A DNA stretch of 64,000 bases from an uncultured Actinomyces sp. (GTDB lineage Bacteria; Actinomycetota; Actinomycetes; Actinomycetales; Actinomycetaceae), in assembly GCF_900541895.1 (NCBI RefSeq), contig NZ_UWSI01000001.1. One strand, written 5' to 3'. Position numbers and translations under genes: made by a program. Positions 1 to 12,632 of the stretch are shown here, piece by piece. The notes under the pieces are model-generated. The model was not told the DNA's origin, made no database searches, and saw only the letters and a program-made list of their open reading frames with translations. The first letter of the stretch is position 1; the number at the start of each line of letters is the position of its first letter.

Positions 1-2422
<2,422 letters not shown>

Positions 2423-2431
2423 TGCTCCTTA

Positions 2432-5400
2432 TCAGATCGCATCGATGGTCGCCGCGGCGTTCGGACGCGCATCAAGAGTGATGCCCAGTTCCTCACGCGC
2501 ATTGAAGTCGTCATCTTCTTCACGCAGGTCAATCACGTTGCCGGCTGCGTCGAGAGCTTCGACGTTCAGGCACAGCGAACGCATTTCCTGGATCAGAACA
2601 CGGAAGGATTCGGGGATGCCAGGTTCGGGGATGTCCTCGCCCTTAACAATTGCCTCGTAAACCTTGACACGTCCGGTGGTGTCATCGGACTTGATGGTGA
2701 GCAGTTCCTGCAGTGCGTAGGCAGCGCCGTACGCCTCCAGGGCCCACACTTCCATTTCGCCGAAGCGCTGGCCACCGAATTGAGCCTTACCACCCAGGGG
2801 CTGCTGCGTAATCATCGAGTACGGACCGGTCGAGCGAGCGTGAATCTTGTCGTCAACCAGGTGGTGCAGCTTGAGCATGTAGGCGTAGCCCACTGCGATC
2901 GGGTACGGGAAGGGTTCGCCGGAACGACCGTCGAAGAGACGCGCCTTACCCTCGGCGTTGGTGAGGACGTCACCATCGCGGTTGGGGTTGACGTTGCGCA
3001 GCAGACCTGCGAGCTCTTCGGCCTCGAGGCCGTCGAAGACCGGGGTCGCAACGGGGGTCTCGGGGGCAACGGTAATGCCGTCCTTAGGCAGGTGCTTGGT
3101 CCACTCTTCGCCAGCCTTGACAGCTGCCGAGGCGTCCCAACCCTGGTGGGCAAGCCAGCCGAGGTGGAACTCAAGGACCTGACCGACGTTCATACGGCCG
3201 GGGACACCCAGCGGGTTGAGGATGATATCAACCGGGGTTCCGTCCTCGAGGAAGGGCATGTCTTCGACCGGGAGGATCTTGGAAACGACGCCCTTGTTAC
3301 CGTGACGGCCTGCCATCTTGTCACCAATGGTGATCTTGCGGCGCTGCGCAACGTAGACGCGAACGGTCTGACGAACGCCGGGGTTGAGATCATCTTCGTC
3401 GTCGTTGAATTCACGAACGCCAATAACGATGCCCTCTTCACCATGGGGAACACGCAGCGAAGTATCGCGAACCTCGCGGGCCTTCTCACCGAAGATTGCG
3501 CGCAGCAGGCGCTCTTCGGAGGTCAGCTCGGTTTCACCCTTCGGGGTGACCTTACCGACGAGGATGTCGCCAGCGGTGACCTCGGCGCCAATACGAATGA
3601 TGCCGCGCTCGTCAAGATCAGACAGCGACTCTTCCGAAACGTTAGGAATATCGCGGGTGATCTCTTCTTCACCGAGCTTGGTTTCGCGGGCGTCGACTTC
3701 ATATTCTTCGATGTGAATCGAGGTCAGAACATCGTCTTCGACAACGCGACGGCTCAGGATAACGGCGTCCTCGTAGTTGAGGCCTTCCCACGACATGTAA
3801 GCAACCAGCAGGTTCTTACCCAGTGCAACTTCACCGTTGTCGGTAGCGGGGCCGTCAGCGAGGACATCGCCGACCTCCACGCGCTGGCCTTCATCAACGA
3901 TGACGCGCTGGTTGGTGCAGTTGCCGGGGTTCGAGCGCTCGAACTTTTCGAGGCGGTAGGTGTCGCGTCCGCCTTCGTCCGTGGTCACGACGACCAGGTC
4001 GGCGGAAACTTCGGTGACAACACCGGAGTGCTGAGCGATGACCATTTCACCGGAGTCATGTGCGGCACGCTGTTCCATACCGGTACCCACCAGCGGTGCT
4101 TCCGTGGTGAGCAAGGGAACAGCCTGACGCTGCATGTTCGCACCCATGAGGGCTCGGTTTGCGTCGTCGTGCTCGAGGAAGGGAATGAACGCGGTTGCCA
4201 CAGACACCATCTGGCGTGCGGAAACGTCCATGTAATCCACGCGATCACGGGCGATCAGCGTCGGATCCTCACCTGCAACACGGCACAGAACCTGCTCATC
4301 GATGAAGTGTCCCTCGTCATCGACAGGCGAAGAAGCCTGAGCGATGAAGTGTCCCTTTTCATCGTCAGCGGTCAGGTACTTGACTTCGTCGGTCACCTGT
4401 CCGTTGCGAACGATGCGGTAGGGGGTCTCGATGAAACCGAAGGGGTTAATGCGGGCAAAGGTTGCCAGCGAACCGATCAGACCAATGTTCGGGCCTTCAG
4501 GGGTTTCAATCGGGCACATACGGCCGTAGTGCGAGGGGTGAACGTCACGAACCTCCATGGAGGCGCGATCACGAGACAGACCACCGGGACCCAGTGCCGA
4601 CAAACGGCGCTTGTGCGTCAGACCGGCCAGCGGGTTGTTCTGGTCCATGAACTGCGACAGCTGAGAGGTTCCGAAGAACTCCTTGATTGCCGCAACAACG
4701 GGACGAATGTTGATCAGGGATTGCGGAGTAATAGAGTCCGTTTCCTGAGTGGTCATACGTTCGCGGACGGTGCGCTCCATACGTGCAAGACCGGTGCGAA
4801 CCTGAGCCTGGATCAGCTCACCAACGGCGCGAATACGACGGTTACCAAAGTGGTCAATGTCGTCGGACTCAACGCGGACCTCGACGGGCTCGCCGTGGCG
4901 AACACCTGCGAAGGTCTTCTCACCCGCGTGCAGAGCAAGCAGGTACTTCACCGTTGCAACGATGTCGTTGATCGAGAGCACCAGTTCAGAGGTACCTTCG
5001 GGAGAATCAACACCAAGCTTCTTGTTGATCTTGTAGCGGCCAACCTTTGCCAGGTCGTAACGCTTGGGATCGAAGTAGAAGTTGTGCAGGAGCGCTTCAG
5101 CGGCCTCGACGTTTGCGGGCTCACCCGGGCGCAGCTTGCGGTAGATATCGGTCAGTGCCTCTTCGCGGGTACGCGCGGTGTCCTTCTCAAGAGTCTCAAG
5201 AAGAATCGGGTATGCGGCGAACTGCTCGCGAATCTCACCTTCCGTCAGGCCAATTGCCTTGAGGAAGTGGGTCACCGACTGCTTACGCTTACGGTCGATA
5301 CGCACGCCAACAGCGTCGCGCTTATCGATCTCAAACTCCAGCCATGCACCGCGGCTGGGGATGATCTTCGCGTTGAAGATTTCCTTGTCCGAACCACGAT

Positions 5401-5917
5401 CCGAGGTACGTTCGAAGTAGACACCGGGCGAACGGACCAGCTGAGAAACAACGACACGCTCGGTGCCATTGATAATGAAGGTGCCGCGGGGGGTCATGAG
5501 CGGGAAATCGCCCATGAACACGGTCTGAGACTTAATTTCACCCGTGTTGTAGTTCATGAACTCGGCGGTCACATACATGGGTGCCGAGTAGGTGTAATCC
5601 TTAGCCTTCGCTTCTTCAACGGAGTACTTCGGTCGTTCCAAGCGGTGATCGCGGAATGACAGAGACATGGTGCGAGCCACGTCTTCAATCGGCGAGATCT
5701 CTTGGAAGATTTCTTCAAGACCGGAGACATCCGGAACATCTACGCGTCCAGCAGCCTTTGCGGCATCTACGCGTGCTTTCCATGCATCGTTTCCCAGCAA
5801 CCAGTCAAAGCTTTCGGTCTGCAGGCCGAGCAGATTCGGTGCCTGCAGAGGCTCACGGAGCTTAGCGAAAGAAATGCGGTTCTTGGGCTGGTTGGCAGTG
5901 TTGGTACTTGCAGCCAA
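2432..5917 (-). CDS. rpoB: DNA-directed RNA polymerase beta subunit
   Basis: 1161-aa ORF with TTG start at 5915-5917 preceded by GGGAAGGA. It is clearly RpoB (…[12 protein letters not shown]…, …[20 protein letters not shown]…) and sits directly upstream of rpoC as in all bacteria. Confidence 0.97.
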   Translation of the reverse strand: MAASTNTANQPKNRISFAKLREPLQAPNLLGLQTESFDWLLGNDAWKARVDAAKAAGRVDVPDVSGLEEIFQEISPIEDVARTMSLSFRDHRLERPKYSVEEAKAKDYTYSAPMYVTAEFMNYNTGEIKSQTVFMGDFPLMTPRGTFIINGTERVVVSQLVRSPGVYFERTSDRGSDKEIFNAKIIPSRGAWLEFEIDKRDAVGVRIDRKRKQSVTHFLKAIGLTEGEIREQFAAYPILLETLEKDTARTREEALTDIYRKLRPGEPANVEAAEALLHNFYFDPKRYDLAKVGRYKINKKLGVDSPEGTSELVLSINDIVATVKYLLALHAGEKTFAGVRHGEPVEVRVESDDIDHFGNRRIRAVGELIQAQVRTGLARMERTVRERMTTQETDSITPQSLINIRPVVAAIKEFFGTSQLSQFMDQNNPLAGLTHKRRLSALGPGGLSRDRASMEVRDVHPSHYGRMCPIETPEGPNIGLIGSLATFARINPFGFIETPYRIVRNGQVTDEVKYLTADDEKGHFIAQASSPVDDEGHFIDEQVLCRVAGEDPTLIARDRVDYMDVSARQMVSVATAFIPFLEHDDANRALMGANMQRQAVPLLTTEAPLVGTGMEQRAAHDSGEMVIAQHSGVVTEVSADLVVVTTDEGGRDTYRLEKFERSNPGNCTNQRVIVDEGQRVEVGDVLADGPATDNGEVALGKNLLVAYMSWEGLNYEDAVILSRRVVEDDVLTSIHIEEYEVDARETKLGEEEITRDIPNVSEESLSDLDERGIIRIGAEVTAGDILVGKVTPKGETELTSEERLLRAIFGEKAREVRDTSLRVPHGEEGIVIGVREFNDDEDDLNPGVRQTVRVYVAQRRKITIGDKMAGRHGNKGVVSKILPVEDMPFLEDGTPVDIILNPLGVPGRMNVGQVLEFHLGWLAHQGWDASAAVKAGEEWTKHLPKDGITVAPETPVATPVFDGLEAEELAGLLRNVNPNRDGDVLTNAEGKARLFDGRSGEPFPYPIAVGYAYMLKLHHLVDDKIHARSTGPYSMITQQPLGGKAQFGGQRFGEMEVWALEAYGAAYALQELLTIKSDDTTGRVKVYEAIVKGEDIPEPGIPESFRVLIQEMRSLCLNVEALDAAGNVIDLREEDDDFNAREELGITLDARPNAAATIDAI

Positions 5918-6167
5918 CGGGGGTCCTTCCCTGCGTTCTCATTGCGCGCACACGCTTTTCGACCCATTAACTGGCACCGTCCACATCCGCCCAGCGCCTA
6001 TTACAGCGAATGGATACGGGCCACCTCGGGCACAATAAAGCGCAAACACTCATTTTAGGCACACGAATATAGCGGTGCAATGTACGGACAAGAATATGTC
6101 CAACCTCACGTTCAGCTGACGCTCAGTCCAACTTCAGCCATTGAAGCTCTTCACAGAACGTGGTCCG

Positions 6168-6241
6168 TGCCCCAAGTCGGGCTTGAACCGACGACCCACG
6201 GATTATGAGTCCGCTGCTCTGACCGACTGAGCTATTGGGGC
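6168..6241 (-). tRNA. tRNA-Met (anticodon CAT; elongator type or tRNA-Ile2 lysidine type)
   Basis: Minus-strand sequence GCCCCAATAGCTCAGTCGGTCAGAGCAGCGGACTCATAATCCGTGGGTCGTCGGTTCAAGCCCGACTTGGGGCA folds as a cloverleaf: 7-bp acceptor with G1-C72 paired, GCTC/GAGC D-stem, anticodon loop CTCATAA, and GTCGG-TTCAAGC-CCGAC T-arm. CCA is not encoded. Confidence 0.85.
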
Positions 6242-6307
6242 TCTGAAAGTGTAACGCGAACTCTCACCTTCAGCGCAACACGAACCTTACTCAGCGGCTA
6301 ATAAACG

Positions 6308-6886
6308 TTACTTCAGAACGACAACGATATCCGGGTCGCCGGTCTGCGTCTGTTGCACGCGGCTAATTCCAAGGACCTTCGCGACCTCTTCGGCAGTGGC
6401 CTTGAGGTTTGGATCCTCGTAGTAAACGGTCGTCACTTCGGTATCCCAACCGCGCGCGTTCGCTGCAGTGGCACCATCAAATCCGGCGGAGGAAAGCGCG
6501 GAAACCTTCTGTGCTGCCAGGCCCTTTGTTCCGGTTCCGTTCAGAACGGAAATCTTTGCGGAGTGGCGCACGGGAATCGACGGCGAAGGAGAGGGAGTCT
6601 CACTGGTCGTCGGGGTTGCAGAAGGCGTCTGAGTGGCCTCGGTAGTCGCAGAGGCGGCGGGGGCCTGGGTCGTTGCAGCAGTCGTGGAGACGCTTGTGGT
6701 CGTCTTCTGCTGAGCACCGCCCGAGGTCAGGATGTGGCTGATCCCCCACGCGGCAGCGGGAACGATCACCAGCACCGCAAGGAAGGGCCACACGCTCTTC
6801 CATCGCGAGGGCTGCTGAAGGTGCATACCCTGGGGCATGTCTTCGCCGGCGCGGTCAAATTCGTCCTTTGGATACTGTGAAGTCAC
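6308..6886 (-). CDS. LytR_C domain membrane protein (cell-envelope-related, LytR C-terminal domain)
   Basis: 192-aa ORF with an N-terminal cytoplasmic stretch, one TM (WPFLAVLVIVPAAAWGI), a Thr/Ala/Pro-rich linker, and a C-terminal segment (AKISVLNGTGTKGLAAQKV...DPDIVVVLK) typical of LytR_C. Confidence 0.65.
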   Translation of the reverse strand: MTSQYPKDEFDRAGEDMPQGMHLQQPSRWKSVWPFLAVLVIVPAAAWGISHILTSGGAQQKTTTSVSTTAATTQAPAASATTEATQTPSATPTTSETPSPSPSIPVRHSAKISVLNGTGTKGLAAQKVSALSSAGFDGATAANARGWDTEVTTVYYEDPNLKATAEEVAKVLGISRVQQTQTGDPDIVVVLK

Positions 6887-6974
6887 GGCTTCAGAGTAGC
6901 GAAATACCCCCGCCCCCGCATAGTCCCTGCCCGCGTGCCTTAGATTTCCCTGAAGGCTTCCCCCTGTCGAGGCC

Positions 6975-7694
6975 GTGGCTGGGCACGCCTGTGGTTACAG
7001 TAGGTGCGTGGAATCTTTGGATACGGTTATCGATCCCTCTTGGGCGCGGGCACTGGCACCGGTTGAGGGGAAAATCCATGAATTAGGAGCTCAGTTGCGT
7101 CGGGAGATCGAGGCCGGGCACGGCTATCTTCCCGCCGGTAGCGATGTCTTGAAAGCCTTTACCTATCCTCTTGACCAGGTGAAGGTCCTCATTGTGGGAC
7201 AGGATCCCTACCCCACTCCCGGACACGCCATTGGACTAAGTTTCTCGGTCGCACCCGGAATTCCTTTCCCGGCCTCGTTGCGCAATATCTTCAAGGAGCT
7301 CACCACCGACGTTGGCATTCCCATGCCAACCAGTGGTGATCTGCGGCCATGGTCTCGTCAGGGTGTGTGCCTACTCAACAGGGTGCTGACAGTTAGGGCC
7401 GGACAAGCCGGTTCGCATCGAAAGATGGGGTGGGAGGAAGTCACTTCCTGCGCAATTGATGCTCTGGTTAACCGGAGGGACGCATCCGGGAATCCACTGC
7501 CCCTGGTCGCAATTTTGTGGGGGCGCGATGCGCAATCTCTACGCGAGCAATTGGGATCCACACCAGTCATCGAGTCTGCGCACCCCTCTCCCCTGTCGGC
7601 CAGACGCGGATTCTTTGGCTCGAGACCATTTAGCCGCGCAAACACGATGCTTGAGCAGCAGGGAGCAGCGCCGGTGGACTGGAGATTGCCGTAG
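6975..7694 (+). CDS. ung: uracil-DNA glycosylase (family 1)
   Basis: Motifs [30 protein letters not shown] and HPSPLSA(RR)GFFGS match the UNG water-activating loop, Pro-rich loop and His-containing C-terminal motif. Exact start is uncertain. Confidence 0.85.
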   Translation: MAGHACGYSRCVESLDTVIDPSWARALAPVEGKIHELGAQLRREIEAGHGYLPAGSDVLKAFTYPLDQVKVLIVGQDPYPTPGHAIGLSFSVAPGIPFPASLRNIFKELTTDVGIPMPTSGDLRPWSRQGVCLLNRVLTVRAGQAGSHRKMGWEEVTSCAIDALVNRRDASGNPLPLVAILWGRDAQSLREQLGSTPVIESAHPSPLSARRGFFGSRPFSRANTMLEQQGAAPVDWRLP

Positions 7695-7723
7695 GCTCGT
7701 CGCCTGGGCACGTACAACAAATA

Positions 7724-7760
7724 GGGGGGCGCTCGCGCATAGTGACGCGAACGCCCCCCC
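7724..7760. terminator. bidirectional GC-rich hairpin terminator between convergent ung and the ricin-lectin gene
   Basis: GGGGGGCGCTCGCG-catagtga-CGCGAACGCCCCCCC forms a roughly 14-bp stem. It is followed by AATATTTT on the plus strand and preceded by an A/T stretch for the minus strand. Confidence 0.6.
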
Positions 7761-7782
7761 AATATTTTGGCTGAACGACAAG

Positions 7783-10700
7783 CTACTTCAGGAAATCAAA
7801 GCGCTGGGCCGAACTTCCATTGTCCTGATAGAGGTGAACCGTTGTCTCGTTCTGGCTACGCCCACCTTCAAGATCAAGGACCAACATGGGTGAGAGTGCC
7901 GAAATAAGAACTTTATGGCCACCCCTGTCTTGGATGACCCACTTTTGAGCTAGGGAGGCGTTCGAGGGCTGCTGATTCACCCGAGCCGGCCAATTCTTCC
8001 ACGCCGCAAAGACATCTAAGACTTTCCCTGAAGCCACGTTGGTCAAGGTCACGTAGCCCTTGTCATCGCGACTGATACGCCACTTCTGCGCTGCACTTCC
8101 ATTGGACTGGTAAGACCACACACGAGCACCCGCGTCCCGAGATGCCCATTGGACCTCGACACGATTATTCGGGGCAGCAACTGGACGGATCTGATACTCA
8201 CCATCAGGAACCTCGTTGCGGTACTCCTTCGCCCACTGGTCCAGGATCTCTTGGGGTCCTTGGACCGGGTTCAGACGCCACTGCTGAGCGGTTGTTCCAT
8301 TAGGCAGGTAACCGTCAATGGCCATACCATCACGCGCCTGTCCCCAGCGGAGATTGACAACCAGACCCGTCCCGACGTTGCGGAGCATATACGCCCCTCC
8401 CGTCACCGAGAAGATCACCCACTTCTGGTTCATATTCGATGTGTCTGTGTCCCACAGTTGGAGCTCAGTACCGGGAATCGGAGTGCCATCAGTGGAATCC
8501 AAGGACTTATTCGACCAGGTATTCACCAATCGGTAGAAGCCATCAGGTTCACGGCTAATTTTCCAGATCTGATTATCGGTCTTGCTTGAGCCCCACAGCT
8601 GAAGTCGAGCTCCGTTGTTGAGCGCAAAATCCTTCAGATCAATTCCCTTCATGGCATCAACGACGCTTGCCAGCTCGTAGTAACCGGGGACGATATCTGC
8701 CTGCCCCGCAGAGGAAACCTTGGGCTGCGTCGGAATGAATGAAAATGCCTGAGCATCAGAGCCATTCGCATTCCACAAGCCAACATTCGCTCCTGCAGAG
8801 GCGTTGGCCGCCGCAACATCCAGAACGATCGCGGAATCCAAAGCGGAGACGATCTTCACTCGGCCCTGATCGCCCGCAGTGATGCGCCACTTCTGGGCCA
8901 GCGTGCCATTCGAACTCCACTGATCAACGTTTGTCCCAGGTCGCGAGGACGCCCATTGGGCATCAAGCACCTTACCTGAGGCCACATTGGTGATGGTCGC
9001 AAAGCCCTGCGAATCATAAGAAACACGCCACTTCTGGGCATCGCTTCGATTAGCGTCCCACAGCTGGACATTCGCACCATCATCACGGCTAGCGCCGGGA
9101 ATGTCCAGAACCAGGTGATCCGCGAGTGCTGACTTAATGAAGTACTCTCCCGGCTCTACAGAGGACTTTTCACCAATCGCATCTTGACTGCGGAGTTTCT
9201 CGAAACGATCCCCCTGCTTCTTGTAGTAGACAATGACCGATTCAGTGGCATCCCACAGCGCATGCGTATAACCTTCGCGCGCGGTGATCTCCTCGGAGAA
9301 CTCCACCTGATAGCAGCTGTGTCCACCTGGGCACAAGCGCTTGAGCTGGTCCCAGGCCCGATCAATCGGGACAATCCAGAAGTCGAGGTCACGGTAGGGG
9401 GAATCAGCCTTCGCCATGGCTTCACCCTTGGTGTAGTTAAACACTCCCTTCGAGCGCCCAGCCTGGGTCGACTCAAAAGTTGAAGACTGATAGCCTGCGA
9501 TGTCGATCCCCGGGTTGAAGAACAGAATCAATTCCGCCGCAATGGAGGCATCGACATCTTCCATTCCTAGGCGCTTGAGTTGTTCTTGCTTGGGAATTGA
9601 CATTTCCGTGGGCGTCGCTGGGTGCCCCTTGTAGTAGTAGGCGTAACGATCCCCGTAGTAGCTCTTCGTAAAGCGGGCGTAGTCCTCGAAGCCCTGCTCA
9701 TTGGGATGAATCGTTCCAAGAAGCAGAAGGACATCCTTGCCCTCATGTTCCGCGGCACTGAAGTACCCATCGTTGAAGTTATAGAGAGCCTTAAACTGCT
9801 CCGTCGCTTCCTTCGAGGGCTTGATATTCGCACTCAGCAGTTGAGAGATATTAATTCCGCGAACCTTAGGGGACTTTTGAACCTGGGTCGCGAAGGCATT
9901 CCCATCTCCAGAAGTACTCAGAAGCTTCGGGCGAGCCAGCCACCAGTGCGCATTCGGCTCAGAATCAACCAGTGCCCACAAATAGTCAACAGTACTCCCC
10001 TGATCGGATGCCTTCGTATCAGCACGCCCATTGGCATAGGCGTGTTCCTTCATTTCTTTCCACTCACGGACCAAGCGACCATGCGTCCCCTTGGGATTTG
10101 ATCCCTGATAGAGATCAGCAAACTTCACATAGGAATACGCGCCATCAGTGATGAGATTGATCGTGTAGTGATCTTGAGGAATCCGGTTCGCGTAGATGAC
10201 CTTCTGGACCATATTGGGGAACATATCAACCGAGTAAAGATGGAATGCTGAAGAAGGATCCAACTCACGCAGGTCGCGCACATAGTCGGCAACGATATCG
10301 ATGCAATTACGGAACTGCTGCGAGGCCTCGTCAAAGCCACCGGGCTGGAACGCGTTCTCACGCTCGGTCAGGTAAGGAAGCGCGTAGACTCCATACTCTG
10401 GACCTGCTGGACCGGGCAAGGCGCCCCAGTCGTAGGCGTTGGGACGCTCAAACATCGCGATCACGGGACCCGTTTTACGAACCGAGTTTTCTCCCCACAG
10501 GTTCAGCGAGAACATCGCGACGGGAAGTGTCGCACTGACCGGTGCAATATTGTAGCTATCCGCAGTTACGCCAACTGTCTGCTTCGGGAATCGTCGAACA
10601 AGCGAACCGTTTTTCTCGGTCGAAAGTTCGACAGTGAATTTTCCGAAGGTTCCAAAGTCGAGAAAGTAGTTTCCCTCCTGCACCTGCGCAAGGGGAATCT

Positions 10701-11157
10701 TCTTGTCGATCTCGCGAGTGACTTTTCCGCGGTAGTTCATCGTCGCCTGAACGTGAACAGTATCGATTGTGTCTGCGATATCGGCTGCGGCGTCATCGCC
10801 GAGGCGCACTCGCACCTGGGTGGTGTTCCTTTGCGGCTCAAGAAGGATTTCCGAGGCGGCAGTTGAGCGAGCGACGCGCCTGCTTTGGGTGGAAGGCGCA
10901 GTGCCTTCTTCTTGTGAGGGTGAAGCACTGACTTCAGGAGTGGCAGCCGACGAGGCTTCAGAGGGAACTGAAGGCGTCTGCGTCGCATGTGGTGCCGTTG
11001 GTGTTGCCTCAGTGGAGGGAGCCGTAGGAGCGGCCTGTGCAGGAAGTACGGAGGTTCCAACTCCAAGCGCGGTTGACAACAGTGTTGAAATGAAAATGCG
11101 TCGGAGGGTGCGCTGGCGCATCGAAGGATATACACGGTGCATGAGAAGTAAACCCAT
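7783..11157 (-). CDS. large secreted multidomain protein: N-terminal putative glycosyltransferase domain with bacterial-sialyltransferase-like HP motif, plus tandem ricin-B (beta-trefoil) lectin repeats
   Basis: 1124 aa with a signal peptide (MRQRTLRRIFISTLLSTALGVGTSVLPAQA) and a low-complexity Thr/Pro/Ala linker. A roughly 550-aa domain contains ITDGAYSY and YYYKGHPATP...IAGYQSSTF, resembling the D/E-D/E-G, H-P and SS motifs of GT80-type sialyltransferases. The C-terminal half is built from many QxW beta-trefoil repeats (QKWRVS, QLWDAN, QIWKIS, QKWVIF, QQWRLN, QKWRIS, QRFDF). The function call is an inference. Confidence 0.55.
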   Translation of the reverse strand: MGLLLMHRVYPSMRQRTLRRIFISTLLSTALGVGTSVLPAQAAPTAPSTEATPTAPHATQTPSVPSEASSAATPEVSASPSQEEGTAPSTQSRRVARSTAASEILLEPQRNTTQVRVRLGDDAAADIADTIDTVHVQATMNYRGKVTREIDKKIPLAQVQEGNYFLDFGTFGKFTVELSTEKNGSLVRRFPKQTVGVTADSYNIAPVSATLPVAMFSLNLWGENSVRKTGPVIAMFERPNAYDWGALPGPAGPEYGVYALPYLTERENAFQPGGFDEASQQFRNCIDIVADYVRDLRELDPSSAFHLYSVDMFPNMVQKVIYANRIPQDHYTINLITDGAYSYVKFADLYQGSNPKGTHGRLVREWKEMKEHAYANGRADTKASDQGSTVDYLWALVDSEPNAHWWLARPKLLSTSGDGNAFATQVQKSPKVRGINISQLLSANIKPSKEATEQFKALYNFNDGYFSAAEHEGKDVLLLLGTIHPNEQGFEDYARFTKSYYGDRYAYYYKGHPATPTEMSIPKQEQLKRLGMEDVDASIAAELILFFNPGIDIAGYQSSTFESTQAGRSKGVFNYTKGEAMAKADSPYRDLDFWIVPIDRAWDQLKRLCPGGHSCYQVEFSEEITAREGYTHALWDATESVIVYYKKQGDRFEKLRSQDAIGEKSSVEPGEYFIKSALADHLVLDIPGASRDDGANVQLWDANRSDAQKWRVSYDSQGFATITNVASGKVLDAQWASSRPGTNVDQWSSNGTLAQKWRITAGDQGRVKIVSALDSAIVLDVAAANASAGANVGLWNANGSDAQAFSFIPTQPKVSSAGQADIVPGYYELASVVDAMKGIDLKDFALNNGARLQLWGSSKTDNQIWKISREPDGFYRLVNTWSNKSLDSTDGTPIPGTELQLWDTDTSNMNQKWVIFSVTGGAYMLRNVGTGLVVNLRWGQARDGMAIDGYLPNGTTAQQWRLNPVQGPQEILDQWAKEYRNEVPDGEYQIRPVAAPNNRVEVQWASRDAGARVWSYQSNGSAAQKWRISRDDKGYVTLTNVASGKVLDVFAAWKNWPARVNQQPSNASLAQKWVIQDRGGHKVLISALSPMLVLDLEGGRSQNETTVHLYQDNGSSAQRFDFLK

Positions 11158-11192
11158 CTGTCGTGAAAAGCTCAGGCGCGAATTGGGGGGGG

Positions 11193-11345
11193 CGCACCTT
11201 TGCGTAGGCTGGATGGACAGTTGTGAGTTTACCGAGCGAGCGGAGTATTTGTTGCTGCGACAACCTAAATTTATGAGATTTAAAAATGTTTTGAAAGCTT
11301 GAAAACACAGGAAAACAGGGGTCGGTTTCCCGGATAAAAAATGGA
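11193..11345. repeat. imperfect direct repeat (copy 1) bounding AT-rich island 1
   Basis: About 153 bp (CGCACCTTTGCGTAGGCTGGATGGACAGTTGTGAG...GGATAAAAAATGGA), roughly 90% identical to 14631..14784. It is preceded by a G8 homopolymer at 11185-11192. Confidence 0.8.
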
Positions 11346-11936
11346 TACCTCGCTATCCAATCGGTACACCAGTAGCGCCCTGCATAGTGTGTAACCGTGT
11401 GGCGGTCGGCTGTGATCACCTCGATCACGTCAGGGCAGGCGTCTTCACGGGAGCTGTCCTGGCCGAACAATACGATGACACCACTCCACAGGACTTAACC
11501 GCGCACGCGGATAGGCTATTCGAGCGGTAAATACTTCCGCATGCGGCACGCGTGGACGAGGGGGCCAACGCAGTGAGCAGCGAAACCGAGCAAGTCCACG
11601 ACCTCAAGGAGGTGACGATGCGGCGTATGTTTAGCGAGTACTTCATCTACATTGCTGTCCAGTCAATCCTGTTGATCTGTGGTGACACGGTGTACGTGCA
11701 CGCCTACTCTGAGATGCAGCACCTTTTGGTCGGTAGCACCAAGGAAGAACCATCCCAAAGAACGAAACCCTGGTGAGTACTCGATATCGAAAACCGTGAC
11801 CTAGTGGAGGAAGTCATTGCGATCAGCCTGCCACTGACGCCTGTGCGGGTGAAAGAGAATGCCAACGGACCAAAACAACCTACTGCTGGTAAAATCTTGG
11901 GATGAAAAATTGGATTGGCTAGGAAAGGAGGCAGAT

Positions 11937-12632
11937 ATGTCTTCATTGAATATCTATTGTGACGAAAGCACTCATCTGCCTAACGACCAGAAGCCTTTTA
12001 TGGTTTTAGGTGCGATTACCTGTCCAACTGAGCGTTCACGGGAAGTGGCAGTTCAACTTCGTAAGATAAGAGCCAAACACCACATTCCAAGTGAATTTGA
12101 GATCAAATGGACTAAAGTTTCTCCTGCGAAAGTAGATTTCTACCTAGATGTTATTGACTATTTTTTCGATGACGACGACCTCAATTTTAGGGCGGTAATT
12201 GCGTCAAAACAGAATCTTGATCATGGTCGTTTTAACCAGACTCATGATGACTGGTATTACAAGATGATGTTTTATCTTCTCCGCAACGTCCTTCCCCCAC
12301 AAGAACAGGCGTTCATATACCTAGACAAAAAGGATACGAACGGTAAGCAGAAGATTGACAAACTTCGAACCGTCATAGCGAACGCTGAGTATGACTTTGA
12401 TCGACGTAACATTCGACGCTTGCAGATCGTAGAGTCCCACCATGTCGGATTGCTTCAGCTGGCTGATCTGATCATTGGTGCAATTAACTATGCGAACCGT
12501 GGCGAGGTTGGAAACCCTGCAAAAATGAGGCTTATTGAAAGGATTCGGGAGCGTTCTGGTTTAAGCCTGACTTGCACGACCCTTCTTTCTGAAATGAAGA
12601 TGAACCTCTTTCACTGGAAGGCACAGGAATGA
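11937..12632 (+). CDS. DUF3800-like protein (island cargo gene 1)
   Basis: Strong GGAGG RBS 7 nt before ATG 11937. The protein MSSLNIYCDESTH...HVGLLQLADLIIGAINY has the DUF3800 signatures (N-terminal I-Y-x-DES and C-terminal QLADL). Codon usage and GC are clearly lower than the surrounding genes. Confidence 0.6.
   Translation: MSSLNIYCDESTHLPNDQKPFMVLGAITCPTERSREVAVQLRKIRAKHHIPSEFEIKWTKVSPAKVDFYLDVIDYFFDDDDLNFRAVIASKQNLDHGRFNQTHDDWYYKMMFYLLRNVLPPQEQAFIYLDKKDTNGKQKIDKLRTVIANAEYDFDRRNIRRLQIVESHHVGLLQLADLIIGAINYANRGEVGNPAKMRLIERIRERSGLSLTCTTLLSEMKMNLFHWKAQE

Noticed and set aside
8149-10101. Several 100-160-aa ORFs on the plus strand
   Set aside because: All are antisense within the 3.4-kb ricin-lectin gene.
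11552-11776. 74-aa ORF between repeat 1 and the DUF3800 gene
   Set aside because: No RBS, and odd composition ending in a hydrophobic stretch. Possibly a gene fragment; there is not enough evidence to call it.
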